DNA from: Bugula neritina
Taxonomy: Eukaryota > Animalia > Bryozoa
Assembly: GCA_964035545.1 (NCBI GenBank)
Contig: OZ037770.1
Location: 5,092,529-5,156,528 of the forward strand
Length of the DNA: 64,000 nt
Direction of reading: 5' to 3'
Position numbers and translations under genes: made by a program. Positions within the stretch are counted from its first letter, which is position 1, and each line of letters starts with the position of its first letter. Positions 23,480-39,148 of this stretch are shown in pieces. The notes beneath the pieces are model-generated. The model made no database searches. It worked only from the letters and a program-made list of their open reading frames with translations, and had not been told where the DNA came from.

Positions 23480-24476
23480 TCATTTCTGAGAAGAAACGTT
23501 CTGATCTCAAACCTCTGCTGCCTTGCAGCAATACCTAATCAAGGGAAAGACTTGGGGAGTAAACCCCAGGGATAAATCAGGTGCTGGAGCCCAAAGGCAT
23601 TTCCTGGTTATTTATAACCTCGACCTGGCAGCTTCTACGGCGATCCTGGTGCCGAGCCATAATAGCCCTGCTGTTCCTTTGGGTACGCCAGTGACGTAGA
23701 GAGTTGGAACATGCTACATGAACAACAGCCTGTACTTCATATAATCAATACCCAGGTATACACCCGCACACCATCTCCCTGAAGAGAACACTCCATCTTT
23801 GCCTTTTGTGTAGACACAACACTGGGAGCAGGAGATACCGGTTATAAGATGTCTCTCAATTGGTGTAGAGCAAAGCACCGGGGAAGGGGGGGTTTCAACA
23901 GTAGGAGAGGCTTTTATATCTCACTGGAAAGTACCGCTGACTATAAGCTGGCCAGCTCCAAGCCAGTTAGGTGCTGTTCTGCTACAGTCTTCTTTCCTTA
24001 TTGTGTGCCGGAGAAATAGGGGACAGCCAAACAGCAGGCCGCAATCTTTGTACCAGGCAACAAAAAACTGAAACTAAGAGACCAGCTTCTAAATTGGGAT
24101 GTTTTGAACATCCGTACTTTGCTCAACGATTTATTCACCAATTTACAGGACATCAGGGACACCTGAAAAACCACCATTATGAATGGCGAACTCAAAAGAG
24201 TAAGCAACGACATTAATACTACCCTTCAAGAAACCTGGTTAGGTGGTTGTGGCACTCTAAAAGAAAAGCACTATACATTTTACCGGCAGAAAAAGAGTTC
24301 TAATCAGCCAAGAGTAGACGGAGTTGGCTTTGCATTGAGGAACAGCCTCTTGAGTATGGTAGAACCATGTAGTAACAGCTTAGAGCAACTCTTGACACTT
24401 CATTTAGACACCACCAGTGGCCCTGTCAACCTTGTCACTGTATGTGCTTCGACACTATCCGCCACACAGGACGCCA
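23480..24476 (+). mobile_element. RTE-like LINE 5' fragment (UTR and APE endonuclease N-terminus)
   Basis: LQETWL...GVGFALRNSL...LLTLHL...VNLVTVCASTL endonuclease motifs (24179..24476); 3'-truncated. Confidence 0.75.
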
Positions 24477-27400
24477 TATATATTTATATATCAACTAACT
24501 AGTCTACACTCTGTAGATATATAACTGAATGAACATCTAATTGAGAATCACAATACTATAACTTGCATCTTCAGTCAACACTTTTTGTTTAAAATATTAT
24601 AATGCTCCTCACTAATACAGACTGATATGCATGATTGAATAACGATTTAGCAGACATTAAATGTTTCTTTGAAGAATAAAATCCCTAGGTGGTATAAATT
24701 AGCAAATATTATTAAACTAGCTTTGATATCGATGAAATTATATATATATATTTCAATGTATAATAATGTTTGTGAGAATTGGTGAAAAAATACATAACGT
24801 GCCACTTTCTTGCAAAAATATAAATAGTTATTGCAGACAAAAAATGGATTCCAGTGCATATAAAAAATATGTATATAGATCTTGTATATGCTTCGTATTT
24901 TCATAAATGATAATATGCTGCACTATGTGTCCAATACCAAAATATGAACGTGGTCAAACAATAACAGAGTGTTCTAAGAAAAACATTCTTAACTTTTCAC
25001 CCTATAATCCTGTATTTTAATTCAGAGTTGAGGAGTTGTCGTTCTTGTCTGGAGTTGGCTATCAGAGAGGAATTTTCATGAGATCGTCTTGACAGATATG
25101 GCAAAGACTCGCTGATTGTACCAACAGCCACTGATTTGTACACAGGATATCCCTTTTGACCTAAATACAACAGGATATTGAGAATAAATATTTATTAAAG
25201 AGTTTCTTTTATAACTCCATGGAAGTTTTCTTCTTTTTAAAGAATACTTTTCTTGAAATAGGTATATATAGTTGGCGGAGTAATATAGATTTAGATAGCT
25301 GTTAAGAGTTATCATCTACAGATGAAGGTATATTTAAACTGGTCAAGTTCCGTTGGATTTTGTATTTTTATTCAGTTTTAAACGGTGTGACTTTGAATTT
25401 TATTGATTCTCATCTGGATTGAAGTGTTTAGAGTTGATTTGTAACTTAACAAAACTTCCAGGTTTATAGCCGCTAACCCTGCAACAGCCTCAGATAGAAG
25501 AGGTGAACTACAATTGTCTCTTTATTGTTGTAAAAGAAAAATATGACTGAATTCTCTTCTTCAGATCACCAGTGGCTTTTCTATAGAATCAAACCGTTGC
25601 CTTTGTGTTTGCTAAGTCTCTGCTCTAACTACTAAATCATGCTGCTTCAATGCTTTAATTTATTATTGAATCAGATGTTTCAACTCTCATTTTCTGATTA
25701 CTGACTACCAGATCTACCAGTACCAGGGTGTGCTTATTGGTAACTCAGTAATCAACACAGTAATTCAGACATTAAAGCTGGCAATAGTTACACTTACCTA
25801 GAGTATATGTTATGTGGTCACACATCCCATAAACCTGAGCAAGTATCACTTTCCTGTCTTCACTTGAAATACCATAACTTCTCATTCTACATGAGAATAA
25901 TAATACTAGCTAACTTAAGTTTATATATTATATTATGTGTGCACGCGTATATAATGGATATGCACATTGCATCAGAAGAAGGTGGATTATGCAAAGTTGG
26001 TAGTAATAAAACATTTGATCAGTTTCCACTACATAACCAGCTACAATTTAACTGGTAAAACTATATCTACCTTTCTACAGCCTGTTTGATAGAGTCTTGG
26101 TTATGAGAAGCAAGAACAAATCTGATTTGTCTCCCCTGGTTGCTGTTATCACGGATCTTCTGCAGTAGCCAGTTGGCTGTAGAGTTGTAAGAGTTATGTG
26201 TAGCCTGTATTCCATCGTGTACAGGACAAGGATGACCTTGACTTTTAGCTTCATTTTCCTCAGCTACCATGTACGCCCCCCTTACCAACTTAGCTCAAAT
26301 ATCAAACACACGGTTTTTAGAACCTCAGCCTTCTGTTATATAAACAGCATGAAATTAAATAATTCTACATAATATTTGTGTGAATCAGTCAAAAGGAAGT
26401 AAATGAACATTCTTAACTAATTAAACAAATATAATATTGAACTATACTCATCTGTTGATAAAAATTTTAAATTAGCTGCATTTTGTCAAAGTTTATATTA
26501 TGAACAAGCTCATTTTAATATAATTTAAGTGTTTTGTTTTTTACTAGAACCCAACATTGTAGAACCATTAGAGTACAATTGGATGCGTCAATAACTTTTA
26601 AAATGCATTTTGAGTTATGCCAATCAGCTGAATGAAGGACATTGGAAGGTCACAAAATAGAGTAAAAACTGTAATAGATAATCTCAAATCAATCTTTAAT
26701 CTAACATACAATATGTTTGTGATTGTGAAGCAGAATTTCCTATCAATTATTTATGTGTTTGCTAGTGCAACCTATTGTGAATTTTAAATATTATTTATAT
26801 ACTTAGAAGTTGTTCTCTAAAATGGTGTTGAGGGCCAATGTATAGACAACTCTGTATGCTAATTAGCTAATCAACTGGAAAACTGACTGACTCACCCCCA
26901 TAGTGAAGGTTATTTTTCTCGGCAAAATTAAATTCCCACTGCAAGGCCTCAAATGACTTCTACAATGTGCAAGAAACAACCGACATAGTGTGCACACATG
27001 CAGACATCTTTGTAGAATAAGTTATACAATTACCAAAAATATATTTACATGGAGAAACAAAGACACATCTTCTGAACCTTGAGAACCAATTTGGATCAAG
27101 TTTAAATGTTTAATAGAAAAAATAATGAAAGAAAGACAACTTTTGTTTGGTCTGTAAATCCACATTCTGAAACTTACTATCTGTAGATAACAGCAGTCTA
27201 ACCTTGAGGTAGCATTGTGTTGTGTTCCAAACAACAGCCTTAGTCCTATTACACACTAGACTGAGAGCCATGGCCAAAGCTGTGAGAGCCGGGTCCGTGT
27301 TGGTATACTCAGCGTCCACCATCAACACGGTATCCGTGACAACAGCTTTCTGTCCCACTTCACTGAGCAGAATCAGCCCCGACAGCAATTCTGGGACGAT

Positions 27401-30400
27401 GCCAGAAGCCCCAGGTGTCTCTACTAGCCACCTCAGGGTGTCTACAGGTACAGCCTATGTGCTGTATAATGCAGTGAAAGTAGTTATGAATATCTGGACA
27501 GTTTTTAGTTAATATTTAGATTATTTGAAATGAGTCAACAAACTTATCTAATATGACAAAACCCACAGAAGTTTAGAGTCCTTATCCTAGATGGACAAGA
27601 TATTTTAAAAGCTGACTAAAAACTTAAATTATTATGTAGCACAAGAGTAACAACACGCATGACCTTTACTGGAAATTGACCCCATCACCTTGGTGTTACT
27701 AAGTCTGCAATTTAACCCCTAAACCTCACTGCTTCCTAACATATTTATAGGATAAGCAGAAGGTATAATAATATGCAGATTTGGTGAAGATCAAATCTTT
27801 TGCAGACTAACATCTTTGAGCTTCACAATTGGCACGTTGAATCTGCACTCCAAACCAAGACACAAGATTACAATATTGGAACTTAAGCTATATCCGATAC
27901 AATCCATAGATCTAAATGACTTCTCCCTTACACAGATTACAGACTATCCCTGCTTCTCACTGCTACAGGACTATCAGGACTATCAAGAGAAAAAAATTCA
28001 GTATATATTTTCCTAGAATGTTGTTTAGAGACATAAAAAAACTGCCTATGCACAACATACTTTGCATCTGTTTAGTATCTTGTAATTAGACATAAAAAAA
28101 TCAAAGCCAATTATAAGGCAAAAGACCATAATACTGTACTATCATTGGATAGTTCTTCATCAATAAACAGGTAGTCGCCAGTGGTGGATATGAACCCCTC
28201 CTAGATGTTTCTCGTACTTCTTCCTCAAAAAAAATTTTCATAAAGCCAAAAAGAAATAACAATAGACCTTTTTAGTTGACACTTTTTAATTTCTGACTGA
28301 TATTTCACCTTATTTCCAATTATAATTAACTTTTAACCGGCACTTTTCTTTGTAGTAATTCCTACCCTTTAGACTGTGTACTTTGAAATGAGTCTGTTTT
28401 ACTCGTTACATAAAGTATAGTTGCACTGGCTACAGGTTGACACAAAAGCAAGCCTATCTTGATAAAATCATGCGCAAATGTAGAAACTACCGAGGAGTTT
28501 GTTCCTCATAAATAGAAATTGACAAATTATTTTTAATCCGTTTAAAAGCATCTGGTTAGGGAAGCATATGCCGTGTTCAATTTGTTATTCTAGCATTAAC
28601 AATAACAGAATGCAATAATTATAAGTTTATGAAAGTAATTTGTTTTCTTTCTAATTACAAATATAATATTTTAGTATATATTGTAAATTTATAAGGCTTG
28701 CATTAGGAATAACGCAGCTAAAACATCATTTTCCTTAAAGTCTTAAAAATATATAAGTATAACATAATACACTATGCCAATAAACTTATTAAAGTACCAA
28801 GCAAGCTTAGCTAGTTTAAGAAAAATTACACTAGGTAAATTCCCATTATTTATAGAATGCTTGCTGATATTAGCTTTTGATGTAATTAAAGTAAATTATT
28901 ATTTATCTTTCTAGCTAAGGATTTCTTGCCGTAAGTTTTGCTTTTATGCATGGAGAAATGTCGTAACAAACGAGTTAAATTTTTATAGCACATAAAAATG
29001 TAATCTATAAGTCGAAGATATTTAAACTTAGCCATTAACTCATTTTAATTATAAATGTCTTGCAATGTAGCCTAAATCTAATACAATACAAAATATATAC
29101 CAGTATATATAATATATTTTTACCATGCTGTTAATTACAGTATTTGTAAAACAAATTTTATGCTCATTAATTAAATGCAACAAATATTTATAAAATACTA
29201 ATAATGTTGAATAAATAAATTCAATAATTCCTTTTCTATTTAAATGGCTGCATAATTTCTTGCAAGGTTGTATAAAGGAGTTGTGGCCTACAACTTATTA
29301 TGTGTTCAATTGCCACATATGTCTTAGGAAGAAGAAAACTCCCCAAAAATTCTTGGTTTGAAAATTCTAGTATAATTAAAATCACTTAATATATGTCTTT
29401 GAAATGCATTTTGCCACTCTGCAAAATTGCAGGAACAAATATTGCATGAAGTAATAAATGATTTATGAAGTAATTAACAAACCAATGTAAAAACTGTTGT
29501 TGTATATAGAACACAAAATATTGATTTTCTTCAATTTCCACATCAAATCTATATATTCAATTATATCTAACCAATGCTAATAAACTAAACATGCATGCAT
29601 ACAAATATTTGCATCATATGCAAGTAATATATTAGCTAATTAGCAACTATAGCATTTTTTTCATTATCTTTATTGCTTGCATATGTCTAAGTATTATTAA
29701 AATAAGGTTTTTATTTGCAACTTTGCACCACAAATTACATAAAATCTAAAAACTTGAGTTGTGACATGCATTAGGGCTACCTATACACAAATAGACCTTC
29801 ATAAAACTCTCAATGATTTTATTCAACTCATGTATGCAAAAGTTTTGCATTAAAACAATTCTTCTAAATCACTCTAGAGCAGGAAATTATTAAAAAACAG
29901 CTTCTCATATATAATTTTTCTCCAGATTAATTTTTTTTCCTGTATTTAAACTAACTTAGCAAGTGAAGATTGTGATATCACTCAGGTAATCACATATATA
30001 TTATTCATAGCTGTAATACTTTAGCAATGAATAGATCATGTTTAATTTCCACTCTACCTAGCAGTTTTTCAGAATTATAGAGCTATGTATATCGTGAAAT
30101 TGGAATAGCCTAATAGTTTTACATGTGTTTATAGCTAGACAAATTAACTTAAAAAGCTTACAATAATTAGATGATATTTGCATTCTTTTGAAGGTTATGG
30201 TGAAGCTACTGCAAAACTGGCCATTAGTTTAGCATAATATGCAAAGCCACGCAAAAGCATGCCAAACAAGCAATGTTTATTTACCTTACCAGTGCAATTT
30301 TATCACCTTAAACACAAAAGCAAGTATAAAACACACATCCATATTAGATTAACTGTCAAGTTAAAAAAAGACAACATATATTCATGAGCTGGTTCTGTTT

Positions 30401-33049
30401 GCACAAGTACAATTTAGACCAGCTTATTATTTAGATTGCCACAAAAATATGACGTAAAATATGTCTTTAATCATTATTTTGATATTCACTGGTTGAAGAT
30501 ATTTTTTATATCCTAATATGTAAATATTGTACATCAATCTTAAAAATTAACTAGGTGAATAAGGAAAACTGCTAATTTTATGAAACTGTTATGTTAATAA
30601 AGACAATGGCTATCAACAAATCCCACCAGACCACAAACTAATTGTAAATACTAAAGCAATTATATAGTGCTATGTGTTGATCTAGCCTAGTCAATACACC
30701 ACAAATATGTATTATGACATACCACATTTTAAGTACTGGGTTACCATTTATTCTAATGGGTATTTGTTTAAACTGTTATATACAGCTTTTTGCACTACCA
30801 ATATACAAGCCAGTTGTTATTCTGTCACTTTTTATCTACATCTCTTTTTAATGCCAGTTACTTGTTAGCTTCAGTACAAACAGCTAAACATTCTACTCTA
30901 CAGCCAATCTTACTGTTAACTCTTGTTTAACAATATTACAAGAATCTAAAAATTTGAGTGTGTTTTAAGTATAATATTCTATCATTATAACTTTTAAATG
31001 AAACAATAATATGATAAATGCATTATAACTTTCTGAAAAGTTTGTTTGCAAAGTATATGTTTTTGGAAAATAGTTTTACAACATTTGCTAGGAGCATTAT
31101 ATTTATTCCTATCTAAAATAATTTTGTTTGAACTGCTATGTTTGTAATCATGTAATCAGAAGTAAAGCATCAGTAAAATGAGTATAAGTAGAAGCTTGAC
31201 AGCTACATTAGGCATTGCTACATAGTACATAAATATATGGCCGTATTAAATACTTAGCTGCATTCACAGATAAATGCATGGCTTGGAATTACAATACCAT
31301 GAATACATTATTTATTTAGCTGGGTAACTATACAATTATGCCAAAGTGAAAAGCTTTTGGTTATTAATGCCTGAAATGTCTAACAATCTACTTGGGAGAC
31401 CACCTTGTTGTTACAGAGTGAATGAGTTATTTGTTTGGCATTTGGATGATGGCACAAAGAAAGGCTATTTGGTTTGTTACTTGAGACTAGTAGCAAACTG
31501 CTACAGTCATAGCATCTTAGAAGATTTTGCATCACTTGCTAGAATTGTACATTATTTTAATGTAGCTATTGAAATTAATATCGCACTGAAAACACAGTAT
31601 TGCAAAATCTTAAGCTGTACATAATTATATTATGCATCAAAAAGTACTTCTGCTATTCGACTATCCCAGGTTTATTTTAAACTAGCACTGCCAAAGTGCC
31701 TTGACTCTATTACAGTGTTTACTAGCTAATTTTGTTCTTCTCAATAGTGAAATAGATCTATTGCAAAAAATTAATGACTAGATATAACAATAATGATTTT
31801 TAGGCAAGACTTTCGCATCTATATTGCTCATCTGCTAGCTTGAAATACCCCTCTCCTTGGACTAATCTCAGGCTTTTCATTGTTGTTTAAACAGTTTTTA
31901 AACTCCTATTTCAATAAATCATTACCAACACTGCCTGCATGTATTAATATTCATTAGTGCCATCAATGCACTGTGGAGACAGCACCTGATGTTCTGTATA
32001 TTACATTATAGTACAGAGATACTAAATCCAAAACATCTAAAATAATTGATGCTTCTACCAGATTTTTAGCACACCTATAATATGTATTCCTGTAGTAAAT
32101 ATTAATAAGATGTTTTAACTGATAGTTTGATACTATAACTACAACTTGAAACTCTTTAACCAGCACATTGGTTAGTAATATTGCTTCTTGATATTTAATT
32201 GCTGGTTCACAAACTATCAATAATAGGGATGCATATCAAAACTTGACTGCATTCATAATATGATTTTAATGCTAGGTAATGACTAAGCATGTCTGGCTGA
32301 TATGAGGTGACTATTTTGTACACTGTTTAACAACATCAGCTTTTTGGGTTCATTTAAAGCATCTGCAAATCTGTATTATACATAATTACTGTTAGGGCCA
32401 ATTAATTAAATTGTTAACCCTGAAATGCTTTTTACACTGTAATACTAAGTAGTAAAAGATATGTATATATATATAAACTGATTGTAATTTATACATAACA
32501 TTGTACATTTACAAAAAATCACAAAATACATAATTTATTAGCTAAATTTCAAGGCGTTTTGTAGGTAGTGGGTTAATGTCAATAAAGTAGAATCCGGGAA
32601 GTTGAGTAGCTTTATTCAAGAGGAAGGCTCTCCAACAGTTCTACCAAAGCCTAAATAACATGTATAAAATAAAGGTTATATGCACAATTTTTTTTCCAAA
32701 ACAGCCTGCAACTGTTTTGCTATTGCATATGCCCTATGCCATTCATCAAGTAGAACAATTTTAACCAGGATATCTAGAAAAGTTGACACAAGGGCTTTAT
32801 AAACTATGTAACAGTAAAACTGTGAGTAGAAATTAATTGACACTAATGAATAATGCTTTAGGTGCTGGCAACAACCATAAAAGAAAAGTTATATAACAAA
32901 CAAATAGAAAAAGCACTAAACAAATCAACAGCATTATATACAATTGGGGCACATACATGAAAACAGCAGCTAGTGTCATTTTCTTAAGACAGCACTATTT
33001 TAGGTATAAATTTAAGAAGTATTAGAAAATGCAGAAATTTACTGCAATT

Positions 33050-33446
33050 GGTTCATTTTATTTAAGTTAGTACATACTGAAGATCTCAAGTTTTTGCTAA
33101 TGAACATGAGTTTTGGCCCGAAACTAAAAAAATACCAATAAATACACCTAAATAATCAAGGCTCTTTTTAATTTTCTTTGATTTCCTATGCTTTTTTTCT
33201 AATTACAGCAACTTCTGACTGGGGATCGCCACGGTTAGTTTGTAACAGTAGGCAATCCAAATGAAATAAATAAATAGGAAAAAACATGAGAAATCATGCA
33301 AAATTAAGAAGAACCTTGATTATTTAGGTGTATTTCTTGATGTCTCACTAATTTTAAGCAAAAAGCATTGTTCATTAGCAGCTAAAATGTAAAAATGGCT
33401 AAAAACTGCAGATTTCCAGTGTGTACTAAATTAAATAAAAGGACTC
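33050..33446. mobile_element. Palindromic MITE family A, copy 2
   Basis: Homologous to 18883..19304 (acacctaaataatcaa; gatttccagtgtg(c/t)actaaattaa); degenerate TIRs. Confidence 0.7.
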
Positions 33447-35509
33447 AATCACCTTTGCAACATAATTCAATAATTGCATGGTCAAGCAGAATAAACTACA
33501 ATTAACAGCAACAACAGTGTAATAGTTGCGTAGAAAAGTTGTACTGCAAAAAACTAAAAGAATGCAAAATCTATAAATGTGTGCTACCAAGTAAATGCTG
33601 AACAGACATCATGAAATAGTGTACGAAATACAAACTATTAAACTTACCTGTTGATCTAATGCAGCCAAAACCTTAAGCTTAGAGTAGTGGAATGGTGCTG
33701 TTCGATGTTGATATGCTACAAGTAGCTAAGATGACTCAAATTCTTGCCTTTAGGAGTAAGAGGCCTCAGCTCAGTTTCAACAAAACTTCCAATAATCTCA
33801 ACGGATGCGCTCAATTAGGAGCCACAACAAAGCACACCCATGTCATTTTAGTAAACTCTAAAAAATGAACGGAAATAAAACTGTTAGAGAGTAAACAGAG
33901 AAACATATAGTGATGGGGGAAAAACCTGTCAGCAAAGGTTAGATACACTCATAGCCATAACACGAAGAAAAAGATAATGAATAACAACCTATTCAAGATG
34001 ACACAAGAAACCAAACAAATTTCTTTGACTAAAAAATATAATTAAATACTATATTACTTGGCAAAAAATATTTGTTTTGAACAACGTATTATTGGGAAGA
34101 ATTGCCAGTGTTTTAAATTTTGAGATTAAAATTTCTGCCTTATAGCGGAAATAGAGAGGCAATCAATAGTGTACAAAACATGTTTTCAGTCATTGGCTTT
34201 TGACTAAATTGACAAAGTTAAAGAAAGCTTCCATATCATTATTTATTTTGTTCTCAAGTGTGTGGTTACAGTTTCATGAGTCAGAAATATAATTATTTGA
34301 GATATGAAATCAAATGTAGTCAAAAGAGTGTCATACAATTTAAAATGTAGTAATAGAGCTTTGACAATAATTTCTTCTGCTAAGTAAAACAGGTACTATT
34401 ATGTGCTACTTATCTTTTAGAGATGAACATCAAGGATGTTGAAAACAAAATAGTTGTAAATTACAGCAAATACCTTTCTACTTACCTAACCAGAGAAAAT
34501 AAGTTTTCAACCTTGCATGCACTCAGCTGGTTTTCAATGTTTGGATCAGTGACATCTTTATAACTGATAGCAGCATTATGTGATAGCTTTAGGAATTGTT
34601 ACCTTAAATCTAAATTATATAGAACAAGAAGTGCAAAAATATGGCATTAGTACTCATTGCACAATACACACTTGCTAGAGTAGCTAATCTAGCATCACAT
34701 TAATTTAAGAAAGACAAAATTTTATTACTGTTCACAAATGATGAATATTAAAATTTTAATAATTAGACAAATTAACAATGATATTGATGTTACTTCAAAC
34801 ATTACTAATGGTAAACACCAAAATACTAATAGGAATAGTCATGTTAACATCAATTAGAAAAGTAAAGATAATATGAAAATGAGACAGTTTATAGGTCTAA
34901 CTCTTATAGTTGACAAGCAATTACAGGGCAGTCATATTGATGTAGGCTACCCTCAAAATGTAGCACTTTAAAAATATTAAAAAGACAGCACATATAAGAA
35001 CATAATCTTAAAAATAGGCATATGTGACACCTATATTTTGATTAACAAAGAAATCTTCTTTACTTTATTAATCTAGCTCATATAATGGTATTCTGTCTTA
35101 GTATGTTATTTTAATACTTGAAATCTAATCAGCTACAGAAAAGTACTTCAATTCAAAGGCCTTCATAATTATTCTTTAGTTTGCTATTTAAATAGACAGT
35201 AAGGTTGATGAATAAAATAAAAGTTAGTAAAGTAAAAACTAAATAAATTGAGAATAATATCTCCACTCTAAGGTTATAATCCTTATAAATTAACATTTTA
35301 ATACTCCTGTTATCCTTAGGTATAGTTGTTAGCAATTTAACTATGAGCTCAAAGCCAAATGTCAGTATCAGCATCCCCATTACATTGACTAAGACTGACT
35401 TTATAACCCTCAAGCTGTGGCACTCAATTTCTATAAGTAGTAACTAATAACAAATATAAAATTATTTATTTGCTACTGATAGTGATAATAATAACAATTA
35501 AAAATAATA

Positions 35510-38470
35510 ATATGATCCATTAAAATAGAACTAATAAAGCCAACGACGTTAATGGTATGTCTAACTAAACATGGCATGTCTCATCTGGCAGTGGGTATGT
35601 GGAGGGCCAGGCAACCTACGGCCGTAAACCCGTTAATGGCACAACTAAAAGAAGATACTCAAGAGAAGACAACAAAGTTGTCATGAAATGCTACTTCAAA
35701 AGTACACCCAAATTGAGAGGTTATAGAAAAACAATGTATGAGCTCTGTAGACCCGGATCAAAGAATTATTTAAAAAGAATGTGCAAACGCTGGAAAACAG
35801 AGGAGAGTTTAACATCAGCGAATAGAGACTAGCGGATTAAGCAAGAACTATGAAGAAACACAAGCATTTTATGGAAGAAGAACTCCATAAGATTGAAGAA
35901 GGAACCTTGCAAGAACTAGGCACATCAATTGGTGAAAAAGATAATGAAGAGCTAAATTTGCAAATAGAGGATGTTATAGTACATGAGATAGCATATAAAT
36001 CAGCCATGAGAATTTTAAGAGTACCTAGTTCAGAGGTAGAAAAAGTGTTAGTAGAAAAATTATAAATGAGCATAACAAACTATCTAATGATCGACCAACA
36101 CTAAGAGCCCTTAGGCACATCGAGAGGGTCAAATTACTACAGGCAGTAAAACAGATTAATGATGTGCTAAACTGTGTTGAGATTATTAATACCATTGAGC
36201 TTAATAACACCACCATGGCTTGTGCGAAAAATAGTAACAGAACAAGTGTGTAACAAAAAGGAAAAAGAAAAACTGACAATGTACAAGTATGGAAAATACG
36301 ACTGCAGAAGAAATAAAAAGAAATTAGATCAGACTTAAGTAAAATAGCAGAGTGAAAAAGTAGAGCTTACAATGATTCATTGAGAAGAATGGTTGAAGAA
36401 AAATATAGGATAAAGAACAAAGAGTGTGGTGTAGTGATTGAAAAACTGAAGCAAAACCTGAGAGCTGTAAGCCAGAAGATAAACAGATATACAGAATGAG
36501 TTGATCAATATAATCAGAACACAATGTTTACAATGATAAGCGCTTTTATCAAGAATTACGAGGAAATGAATACGTACATCTAAAGAGGCACCTGACAAGG
36601 AAATCAAAAGCATTCTGATAAAATATATGGGGTCAGCCAACTAAAAATAATACCAATGCAGAATGACTAAATAAAGTTAGCAACAAATTGGAGCATATGT
36701 AAAGACAAGGAAATTAGATCTTAGAAACGATGCAAACAACTGGAATAGCAATTAATGTCATAAGGTTGATAAGAAAAAGCATGAAACCTGGAAAACACAA
36801 CTGAAATACCTGGAAGAAAAGATAGGAGAAATAAAGATCAAACTAAGAATTTTCCAAGGAGACTCTTTATCTCTATCCCTTTTCTCCAACTACTGATTCG
36901 CATGACAGAAGCGGCTTAATGACGCAAATTTCGACGAGACAGAAAACAAACCATCTCCTATATGTGGATGACCTGAAGGTAAATAGGAAATCAAAATGGG
37001 AACTGGAAGCTTTGGTAAACACTGCCGGGATCTTCACAAGGAATATAGAAATGAAATTTGGATTAAAAAATGTGCCACACTGGTTATGAGAAAGGGAAAG
37101 AAAATTAAGGACACAGGAATCAGTTTGCCTGATGAACAGGTAATCAAAGATCTGGGTGAGAAGCCGTATAAATATCTAGGAGTTCTTGAGATTGATGGAA
37201 TACAAATATATGAAATGAAAAATAAGATCAAGGAGTACTACAAACAAATAAGAAAAGTTCTGGATTCAAAACTGAATGGTGAGAACACAATCAAAGCAAT
37301 AAACACATGGGCAGTAACAGCAGTGCATTACACAGCTAGAATACTTGACTGAACTGTTTCATGAGCTAAAAAATATAGACTGAAAGACAAGGAAGCTAAT
37401 GACAACAAACCGTGCACCCTATCCGAGAGCAGATGTAGGCAGGCTGTATTTTAGCAGAAGGGAAGGCGGTAGAAGAATGTTGTCAACTGAAAAATGCATA
37501 AAGATTGAAAACTGCAGCATGTCAGACTACATAAATATAACATAGACTGATAGAAACACCACACTGAATACCTTCCTAAAAGACAGAACAGCGGTAGAAC
37601 TAAATAATGATAACGTGATAGAAAGAACTGATGAGTGTAAAGAAAAGCTTCACGTGGTCAATACATCAAAATGGTGGAAGACATGAAAGCATTTTCCTGG
37701 AACTGGTTGAAGTATGGTTGGCTGAAAAAGGAAACAGAAGGACTGCTGACAGCTGCGCAAAATCAACTATTCACTACTAGAAATTATAAAGTGGCTATGA
37801 TGAGAGAACAGGGTAGCAAGAAGTGTGGAATGTGTAACGCAAGAGACAAAACTTCGATGCACGTATTGAGTGAGTTTGAGAAGGTAGCAGAAGGAGAATA
37901 TTAGAAAAAACACAACCTTTTGGCATTGATAATTTCAATAGTAGTTGTGTGAACTTCGTGGGTTTCAGAAAAGTAAGAATTGGTACGGCCATCAAGCAGA
38001 TAAGTACTGGAAAATGATAATGTGAAAACCTTGTAAGATTTTAACATACACACTGACGTAGTCATCAAAGTTAGGAGACCCGATATATTAGTAGTTGACA
38101 AGCATAATGCTGAAACAACGATAATTAATATCACAGTCCCTGTTAACTACAGAGTAAAAGAAAAAAATTCGAAAAGTTAGGAAAATATCAGAATTTAGCA
38201 CTAGAATAAACCCGCCTTTGGAAAACATCAAAAAAGTCATCCCGTTGTAACTGGAGCCTTTGGAGCTTTATACAAGATTGTAGACTGGCTGACACTACTT
38301 GGAGTAGCTGAAAACAAATGCTCATTAATTCAGCAGACACCCTTACTAGGATCAGGATAAGCTCACATCCTGAGGAAAGTTCTAGCCATTTCAGCCTAGT
38401 ATAACTAGGCCAATGGTAAAAGGTTACACCGGCTAAAAAACTACGGTCAATCAACAATAATAATAATAAT
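35510..38470 (+). mobile_element. Degenerate R4/Dong-like non-LTR retrotransposon (RT and RLE endonuclease)
   Basis: YSREDNKVVMKCY N-terminus, IFQGDSLS, YVDDLK, YKYLGVLE, KAINTWAV, CGMC...HVLSE knuckle, RPDIL; ends in (TAA)n as R4/Dong elements typically do. Confidence 0.82.
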
Positions 38471-39148
38471 AGTGCAGTTGGTTCTATTATTAGATTAGCA
38501 TATCGATTATGACTTTTCGATTGCCACCCTGATACTATGAGTAAAATGTACAAGCATACGTGAAAGTATAGATATGATCATAAGTATAAAAATAGGTATA
38601 AGTATAAATATAAATATAGGTACAAGTATAAAACAAATGATTATATTATTAATAATATTAGTCAGTGATACCTATAACCGTAATGGTTTTTAGACTTACA
38701 GTTATCATTAACATTAGCTGAGTAATATGATTAGTTAAAATAATGGTATTCATTATTATATCATAGTTATAAGTTATAACTCTAGTCTCTAAAGAGCAAC
38801 AGCAAGTGTAATTGGGATATTCATATTAAATTTCATATTCACATAGTGAAATGTTTATGTTATGAACTAATTTATTCCTTCAACATTTAACTATAAATAT
38901 GATTAACACTAACTTTGACCAGCAGTATTACTAAAAGAAGCGTATTACAAATATAAGATAATAAAATTCTAGTAGTAGGACTAATAGTATTACTAGGTCC
39001 AGTATTATTCTTGTTATCTTATTCATCATTCATGAGTTATCAAATTTAAAATTACTACTTATTAGCATCAGCATATAAAAAGTAAGATCATTAGGAATAA
39101 TTATCATGAGGTATGATCTATGATTTGCATTATCCATATATAGTTTAA

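Noticed and set aside
26295-26297. In-frame TGA as selenocysteine or recoding
   Set aside because: It replaces a conserved Gly and co-occurs with a TAG and frameshifts, which indicates pseudogenisation.
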